DNA of 64,000 nt. Origin: Dehalococcoidia bacterium. Lineage in GTDB: Bacteria; Chloroflexota; Dehalococcoidia; Lucifugimonadales; Australimonadaceae. Below the pieces are notes generated by a model. The model had not been told where the DNA came from. It did not search any database and was given only the letters and a program-made list of their open reading frames with translations. Positions 58,394 through 64,000 of this stretch are shown here, in pieces. The stretch lies in the NCBI GenBank assembly GCA_965206315.1, contig OZ242210.1:258822-322821 (forward strand), read 5' to 3'. Each line of letters starts with the position of its first letter. The stretch's first letter is position 1. The translations under genes were made by a program, and so were the position numbers.

Positions 58394-59811
58394 AGCCCCA
58401 GCTTCTCCGGGTTCAGGATGCCGTTGGGGTCGACCACACGCTTGAGCCGACGAGCGAGCAGCAGCGCGTCGCCCCACTCCCGCTCAGCCCAACTGCCGAG
58501 CTTCACGCCCAGGCCGTGGCAGTACTCGACGCCCCCACCGAGGCGCAGCGCCTCATCCAGCATGGCGTCGACCGCCTGCCGCAGTGCGGCAGCGGTGCCC
58601 TCACCCCCAGCCTCACCGTGGGGGGTGCGCACGAACACGGAGAAGAGCTCCGGGTGCGTCCAGACGGCAGATTCGCGAATGTCCAGGCCGTGGCGTACAG
58701 CGATCTCCTCACAGGCGCGCTTGTAAGCGAGCACCCGTGAGACGGGCATCGCCACGTGCAGATAGTCGGCGTAGCGCCAGCGCTGCTCCTTCCACCGCTC
58801 GGTCGGACGGAGCGGGCGCGTGTGGTCGCGCCAGCGTTCGGCGACGGCGTGCCGCGTCTCCCAGTACTCGCGTGTCGGGCCGGGGCCGAGGTCGCGGCCG
58901 CCCGCCGCCAGCGCCTCCGCCATCGTGCGGCTCCGCTGCGCCTCCACCTGCTCACGGTAGCCCTCGAAACCCAGGTAGAGGATGCACGGCGCGGCGTTCT
59001 CCGGCGTCCCCAGCTCCTCGGTGAGGTCTATCAGCGCGGGCACGAGGCCGATGTCGAACAGCCGCGTGACGACCGGATAACCCTGCTCGAACGTGTCGAA
59101 CCCGACCGACGCGAACTCACGCGCCTCCGGCAGGGCGCGCAGGTCGATCGTTGCCTCCGTGATGACGCCCATCGTGCCCTCGGCGCCGGCGAACAGCCCC
59201 TTCAGCATCGGGCCGCTGCTCTGTCGCTGGATGGCCCGCGTCCGTACGACCTCGCCACTGCCCAGCACCACCTCGAGCGCCCGCACCTGCTGCCCCATCG
59301 AGCCGTACCTGCTGGCGCGGTAGCCGACGCTGTCCGTCGAGATCGCGCCGCCGACGGTGGCTATCGGCACGCTCCACGGGTCGTGCCCCAGCATCATGCC
59401 GTGGTCGCGGGCGGCGGCATCGAGGTCGGCGAGGTAGACGCCGGGTTGCACGCGCGCCGTTCTGTCCTCACGGTTCACCTCGACGATGCGGTCCATGCGC
59501 CGGAGGTCGAGCGCGATGCCGCCGCGCACCGGCACAACCGCACCCATGACGCCGGTGCCGCCGCCGTAGGGCACGACCGGTATGCCGCGCTCCGACGCGA
59601 ACGACACCACCGCCGCGACCTCCGCCGTAGTCGCCGGACACGCCACTGCGTCCACCCGCGCCCCGGCCAGCTCCGGGCGTCCGCCGAGCCGGTGGGCGGT
59701 TACCGCATCGAACGACAGCCGCTCGCGGGACTCGTCGTCGGTCAGCACGTGCTCCGCGCCCATGATGGCAGCGAGGGCGTCGCGAAGGTCGGTAGCAGAC
59801 GTGGTGCTCAT
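58390..59811 (-). CDS. FAD-linked oxidase (GlcD-like; FAD_binding_4 plus C-terminal domain)
   Basis: VACPATTAEVAAVVSFASERGIPVVPYGGGTGVMG and a C-terminal ...YCHGLGVKL...DPNGILNPEKLGL. Start set at the ATG at 59809-59811, 13 nt after the cysS stop. Confidence 0.85.
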   Translation of the reverse strand: MSTTSATDLRDALAAIMGAEHVLTDDESRERLSFDAVTAHRLGGRPELAGARVDAVACPATTAEVAAVVSFASERGIPVVPYGGGTGVMGAVVPVRGGIALDLRRMDRIVEVNREDRTARVQPGVYLADLDAAARDHGMMLGHDPWSVPIATVGGAISTDSVGYRASRYGSMGQQVRALEVVLGSGEVVRTRAIQRQSSGPMLKGLFAGAEGTMGVITEATIDLRALPEAREFASVGFDTFEQGYPVVTRLFDIGLVPALIDLTEELGTPENAAPCILYLGFEGYREQVEAQRSRTMAEALAAGGRDLGPGPTREYWETRHAVAERWRDHTRPLRPTERWKEQRWRYADYLHVAMPVSRVLAYKRACEEIAVRHGLDIRESAVWTHPELFSVFVRTPHGEAGGEGTAAALRQAVDAMLDEALRLGGGVEYCHGLGVKLGSWAEREWGDALLLARRLKRVVDPNGILNPEKLGL

Positions 59812-59824
59812 GCCCACAGCCCGC

Positions 59825-61192
59825 CTACCCGACGACGCGCCAAGTGGTACCGGAGGGCGAATCCGTGAGCTCGATGCCCATGGCGGTGAGCCGGTCGCGG
59901 ACAGCGTCAGCGCCAGCGAAGTCGCGGGCGGCACGCAGGGCGGCACGCTCCTCGACGAGCGCCTCCACCCGCGCAGCGAGGTCCGCATCGACCGAGGCCT
60001 CGCGCTCCTCCAGCGTCAGGCCGAGCACGCCGGTCAGCTCGCGCAGCGTCTCCTGCGCGGAGGCAACGTCCGCTCCCTCGGCCGAGCCCCGGTTGATGTC
60101 GCGCGCGAGGTCGAAGAGGGCGGCGACAGCCTGGGGGCTGTTGAGGTCGTCGTCCATCGCCTCGATGAAGCGAGCCCGAGTCTCGGAGGCATCGAGCGCG
60201 TCGCCAGCGCCGGCGTTGGACTCAGCCGACGCCGCCTGCCTAAGCCGTCCTGCGGCGCGCTCAGAACCAGCGAGCGCCTCGTCCGAGTAGTAGCCGGGGC
60301 TGCGGTAGTGGGCGTTGAGCACGGAGAGGCGGATGGCGTCCGAGGAGTAGCGTTCCAGCGCGTCGCTGATGGTGACGAGGTTGCCGAGCGACTTGCTCAT
60401 CTTCTGCGCGTCCATGTTCAGCAGACCGTTGTGCAGCCAGAAGCGGGCGAACGGGCGCATACCGGTGAACGCCTCGCTCTGGGCAATCTCGTTCTCGTGG
60501 TGTGGGAAGATCAGGTCCTGCCCGCCGCCGTGGATGTCGATGCTCTCGCCGAGGTAGCGCAGCGCCATCGCGGAGCACTCGATGTGCCAGCCGGGGCGTC
60601 CGCCGCCCCACGGGCTCTCCCACGACGGCTCGCCGGGTTTGGCGGACTTCCAGAGGGCAAAGTCCATGGGGTGCTCTTTCTGAACGCCCGGCTCGATGCG
60701 CGCGCCCGCCCGCATCGCATCCAGCGAGCGATGGCTGAGCTTACCGTACTGCTCGTCGCTGCGGACGCGGAAGTAGACGTCGCCGTTGGACTCGTAGGCA
60801 TGGCCGGAATCGATGAGGCCGGAGATGAGCTCGATGATCTTCGGCACTTCCTGGGTGGCGCGGGGATACTCGTCGGCCTCGCGGACGTTGAGGGCGGCCA
60901 TGTTCGCGAAGTAGTCAGCGATGTGCTGCTCGGCGAGCGCCTCGACGGTCGTGCCCTCCTGGACGGCGCGGTCGATGAGCTTGTCGTCGATGTCGGTGAA
61001 GTTCTGGACGCGGCGGACCTTGAAGCCCCGGAACTCCAGGTAGCGGTGGAGCACGTCGAAGACGATGTAGCTCATCGCGTGGCCTACGTGCGCGGAGGAG
61101 TACGGGGTGACGCCGCAGACGTAGATGCGGACCTCGTCACCGGCGGGTTCGAAATCGCGCTTCTCGCCGGTGAGGGTGTCGGAGAGTTTCAT
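59825..61192 (-). CDS. cysS: cysteine--tRNA ligase
   Basis: YVCGVTPYSSAHVGHA (HIGH) and KMSKSLGN (KMSKS). The start ATG at 61190-61192 overlaps the ispF stop (ATGA). Confidence 0.95.
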   Translation of the reverse strand: MKLSDTLTGEKRDFEPAGDEVRIYVCGVTPYSSAHVGHAMSYIVFDVLHRYLEFRGFKVRRVQNFTDIDDKLIDRAVQEGTTVEALAEQHIADYFANMAALNVREADEYPRATQEVPKIIELISGLIDSGHAYESNGDVYFRVRSDEQYGKLSHRSLDAMRAGARIEPGVQKEHPMDFALWKSAKPGEPSWESPWGGGRPGWHIECSAMALRYLGESIDIHGGGQDLIFPHHENEIAQSEAFTGMRPFARFWLHNGLLNMDAQKMSKSLGNLVTISDALERYSSDAIRLSVLNAHYRSPGYYSDEALAGSERAAGRLRQAASAESNAGAGDALDASETRARFIEAMDDDLNSPQAVAALFDLARDINRGSAEGADVASAQETLRELTGVLGLTLEEREASVDADLAARVEALVEERAALRAARDFAGADAVRDRLTAMGIELTDSPSGTTWRVVG

Positions 61193-61677
61193 GGATTGCC
61201 GTCTGTGATGGATGCCACGGCTATGGCCGCTACGCCCGCCTCGGAGCCGGTGTACCCGAGGCCATCCTCGGTGGTGGCCTTGATGCTCACAGCGGAGAGT
61301 CCCACTCCAAGCGAGGCGGCGATAGCCCACCGCATCGCCGGGACGTACTCCGAGAGACGAGGACGCTGGAGAACGATTGTAGCATCGACGTTGACCGCGC
61401 TCCATCCGGCCCTGCGGAGCATGGCGACGGTGCGCTCCAGAAGCGACGTGCTCGTGACGCCCTTCGGGACGGAGGGGTCGTCCGGCTTGAAGTGCGTGCC
61501 GATGTCACCGAGGGCCGCCGCGCCGAGCAGGGCGTCGATGATGGCGTGTGCGACGACGTCGCCATCGCTGTGGCCGGCGAGCCCGCGCTCCGACGGGATG
61601 CGTACGCCGCCAAGCGTGAGCGGCACACCTGCCTCCAGTGCGTGTGCGTCGTAGCCTATGCCGAATCGCGTGGCCAT
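61189..61677 (-). CDS. ispF: 2-C-methyl-D-erythritol 2,4-cyclodiphosphate synthase
   Basis: FGIGYDAHAL, GHSDGDVVAHAIIDALLGA, GDIGTHF. 162 aa. Confidence 0.95.
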   Translation of the reverse strand: MATRFGIGYDAHALEAGVPLTLGGVRIPSERGLAGHSDGDVVAHAIIDALLGAAALGDIGTHFKPDDPSVPKGVTSTSLLERTVAMLRRAGWSAVNVDATIVLQRPRLSEYVPAMRWAIAASLGVGLSAVSIKATTEDGLGYTGSEAGVAAIAVASITDGNP

Positions 61678-61818
61678 CGCGTCATCCTCCCTCGCGGTGT
61701 GTCCGTGAGTTTAGCAGCGGGCAGGCGTCACCGCCTCTCCCGCCGGCTGTTGCACCCGCGAGCAAGGCGGCGACCAAGGCGTCAGGCCCAGGAGCCAACA
61801 GGGGCAAGGCTGCCACCC

Positions 61819-62155
61819 TTGACGTCTTGATCAGCAAGGCCGTGGCCTGCTTCCCGCACCAAGGCGGCAAGGCGGGTGGGGGTGTGCAATCCAACAGCCC
61901 AATCCAAGAGCCGCACATCACGAGTGCGTCCATGCGGTTTTCTGTTCTTGGATCCTTGCCCGGCGAGGCCACGGCCTGCTTCCGTGTTCAAGAATCCAAG
62001 GGCAGAACGAGAAGGGGGTGTGCAGTCTTCCCGCCATAGACGCTGTCGATAGCAGCGGGGGGAGCTATAGCAACGGTCGATGAGCGAGGCGGGGCGCGCA
62101 GTCATCCATCCAGCGTAACGGGCGTGGGGGCAACCGCGTAAGGGGCGGGTGTCAC
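61819..62155 (-). repeat. dispersed intergenic repeat, copy 2 (inverted relative to 46534-46842)
   Basis: The rc of 62101-62155 is gtgacacccgccccttacgcggttgcccccacgcccgttacgctgga (2 mismatches in the first 30 nt against 46534). The shared downstream blocks run through cactcgtgatg (rc of 61915-61925). Contains ttgacgtcttgatc (61819) and GGAAGCAGGCC(AC/GT)GGCC at 61838 and 61967. Confidence 0.75.
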
Positions 62156-62202
62156 TGGGTTACATGGCGTACGTCGCCAGCGAGGAGCAAGCAGAGTCTG
62201 GG

Positions 62203-63087
62203 CTACGCGGGAGATTCTGTTGTGTCCTCCTCAGCCCAAGCTTCTTCCAGTTCCAAGGCAGCACTTTTCCACGCCTGCGCAATTCTAACCTTCCCCGCCA
62301 AGTACGCGTTCGCAGCGTACTCCCATGCCAGCGCTATATCAGCACGGCCTTTATCGTGTTCTTCAACAGCCTGACGGAGCGGAAACCATATCTCTTCTGC
62401 TGCTGGTGATTCTGCAGCCCTCATCCAAGTTTTGGCCCTAGATTCCAGACTAGAGGCTTCATCTGTATCTCCTACAGTTCTTACTTCAATAACTCGATGC
62501 CACGATGCGATTGCTTCTTCTAAGCAAAAGCAGGCGTACATTTCTCTAGGGTCATCTGGAGATATCGTTTCTTGAACGATATCTCTCTGCTTCTTCAGCA
62601 AGTTGACCTGACAATCAATTCTGTTTTTCACGGCATCAAGCCACGCCTTCAAGTTTTCAATGAAGTTAACTTCTCTAAAGTGGATTGCCCATCGTCCAGC
62701 TGCATCACCTTGAAAGGTATAGACATAAGGTAACTCTTGAGGTTGGACCCATACCGTGGCTGCCTCGGCATCACTTTCAACCCATTTGGCTACATGCGCC
62801 CATGCCGACTCAATAGATATTAACTCGCCAGCTAATAGGATGGCCGATTCTTCTTCACGCATTCGTCTATGATACTGAGCTCTCGCTCTCGCTATACCTT
62901 TGCGCACTTCTATTGCAAATTCCATCCTACCGGCTTCACGTTCCAAGTCTTCGGCTAACGCAGCGTTGTTCTGCTGCCATGCCATAGTGGCAGCCTCCCA
63001 TGCCCCTGTAGCGCTAACTTTACCCTCGGAGCGAGCTATTACAACACGCCACTCTGCGTCCTTTGCTCTTTCACATTCGTAACTCAC
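62203..63087 (-). CDS. hypothetical Trp/Ala/Glu-rich helical protein encoded in a low-GC island
   Basis: 294 aa, GTG start with GAGGAA 5 nt upstream and 2 nt after the preceding stop. Recurrent AW-containing helices (TGAWEAATMAWQQ, ESAWAHVAKWV, IALAWEYAANAY, IAQAWKSAALELEEAWAEE). No family recognised. Confidence 0.55.
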   Translation of the reverse strand: MSYECERAKDAEWRVVIARSEGKVSATGAWEAATMAWQQNNAALAEDLEREAGRMEFAIEVRKGIARARAQYHRRMREEESAILLAGELISIESAWAHVAKWVESDAEAATVWVQPQELPYVYTFQGDAAGRWAIHFREVNFIENLKAWLDAVKNRIDCQVNLLKKQRDIVQETISPDDPREMYACFCLEEAIASWHRVIEVRTVGDTDEASSLESRAKTWMRAAESPAAEEIWFPLRQAVEEHDKGRADIALAWEYAANAYLAGKVRIAQAWKSAALELEEAWAEEDTTESPA

Positions 63088-63089
63088 TG

Positions 63090-63791
63090 TTATTCCTCAT
63101 CTTCTATCATAGCGCCCAAGAGTTCTGGTTGCTTGTCTTCAATTGCCTGTCGCATTGCCCGAATTTCTCCTATCACCGCAAAGGCGCCTTCACTAGTTCC
63201 TAAGCCGAACTCTCCGGCAATCGTTTCGATAAAGCCTATATGCCGCTCTATCTCACCTAGGATGGAATAGGTCAAAGCACTTGCTATTTCATGGTCTTCT
63301 CTTTCATATTGGGTATACAATACTATCTTATTCTCCCGCACAAGCATATTCATGCTCGGATTCCTTGGATGTGCATTCTCACTTAGCGGTCCATATCTCT
63401 TTAGCCATTGTTCACCCTCAGGAAGGGTTCGAGCCATAGATGCGAAAGATAGCCGGCCTATCCATTTAATCTTTTTGCCATCTAGTAGCATATCGCGTAC
63501 TTCAGGGCTGTTCGTTATGTAGCGACCCACCAAGTGAGACTCCATGGCCATGCGAACCAGTGCCAGAGATTGCGAATAGTAGCTGCGCTCTAGCAGTAAC
63601 GCTGCAGCAGTCAAGGAGTGAAATCCCCGGATGGCAAGAAGTAACTGTGCATAATGTGTCTTTGACAATTCTCCGGGTGTAATACGTTGCAGGCCAGTTG
63701 CAATCTGCTCAATGCCGATTCTCAACACTCTCATCTCCATTGAGTGATCCACGTAGATATCAGAAATCGCAACTTCTTCAATATCATGCAT
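63090..63791 (-). CDS. hypothetical helical protein in a low-GC island; start uncertain because the frame is open back into ispD
   Basis: About 233 aa from MHDIEEV.... Contains RMAMESH (Rx5H, HEPN-like spacing, weak) and LSENAHP. GC content is clearly lower than the flanks. Confidence 0.45.
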   Translation of the reverse strand: MHDIEEVAISDIYVDHSMEMRVLRIGIEQIATGLQRITPGELSKTHYAQLLLAIRGFHSLTAAALLLERSYYSQSLALVRMAMESHLVGRYITNSPEVRDMLLDGKKIKWIGRLSFASMARTLPEGEQWLKRYGPLSENAHPRNPSMNMLVRENKIVLYTQYEREDHEIASALTYSILGEIERHIGFIETIAGEFGLGTSEGAFAVIGEIRAMRQAIEDKQPELLGAMIEDEE

Positions 63792-63845
63792 AAATCCCTG
63801 ATAGTAGATGGGGCGGTCAAACTTTTGCTTGAACTCTTCTCTGTT

Positions 63846-64000
63846 CAGCGCATCTGCAATCACCAGGTCCTCGGGTGTTGTGACCTTGATGTTGCTACGC
63901 GCGCCGTCGAAAGTGCGCACCTCGACGCCGGTGCGCTCCACCATCGCGGCGTCGTCGGTCACGTCGGCAGCGACCTCGGCGTGGGCTCGTTCGAGCACGT
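63846..64000 (-). CDS. ispD: 3' end of 2-C-methyl-D-erythritol 4-phosphate cytidylyltransferase (partial; continues beyond the right edge; no in-frame stop before the low-GC ORF)
   Basis: ...VERTGVEVRTFDGARSNIKVTTPEDLVIADAL matches the conserved IspD C-terminal NIK(V/I)TTPEDL..A motif. Lies upstream of ispF-cysS on the same strand. Confidence 0.7.

Noticed and set aside
62198-62214. Shared 8-mer GCTACGCG at 62203-62210 and 63894-63901 as a possible att/target-site duplication flanking the low-GC island
   Set aside because: An 8-mer match in GC-rich DNA is expected by chance. One copy lies inside the ORF stop region and the other inside ispD, and there is no integrase.

Overview
Densely coding, high-GC (about two-thirds G+C by eye) bacterial chromosomal window. 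It has many 4-nt start/stop overlaps and several apparently leaderless genes. The gene content would fit a Chloroflexota-like organism, but taxonomy cannot be proven from this sequence. Gene order, left to right: (1) Alternative-Complex-III-like respiratory operon (pentaheme cytochrome c, cofactor-less molybdopterin-like subunit, FeS subunit, two NrfD-like subunits). (2) Lrp/AsnC regulator, tRNA-Phe/Gly/Leu and an epoxide hydrolase. (3) An HTH-membrane regulator, a 235-bp tandem repeat, an 8.2-kb gene for a 2747-aa cadherin-repeat surface protein, and a translationally coupled Pro/Thr-rich membrane anchor. (4) A frameshifted amidohydrolase and an MmgE/PrpD protein. (5) The most notable locus: an operon of selD (with an in-frame UGA selenocysteine codon and a candidate SECIS hairpin), an EgtB-like sulfoxide-synthase homolog and a glycosyltransferase. 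This matches the recently described selenoneine (senC-senA-senB) logic. It is followed by a PhnCDEE-type ABC transporter, a LysR regulator coupled to egtD (hercynine synthase), and glmS. (6) A hypoxanthine phosphoribosyltransferase with a long Arg-rich repeat/unknown-domain N-terminal extension, then pyrR-pyrB-pyrC-carA-carB with a recognisable PyrR attenuator. (7) Lon-N-domain protein and pyruvate kinase. (8) A fumarate reductase/succinate dehydrogenase-like trio (flavoprotein lacking the FAD-linking His, FeS subunit, HdrB/SdhE-like CCG subunit). (9) Transporters, a thioredoxin-NHL protein, gatB and secG. (10) An ispD...ispF-cysS operon in which ispD and ispF are separated by a low-GC two-gene island of unknown function. 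A roughly 250-330-bp dispersed repeat occurs twice in inverted orientation, upstream of pyk and next to the island. No rRNA, CRISPR array, transposase or integrase was seen.
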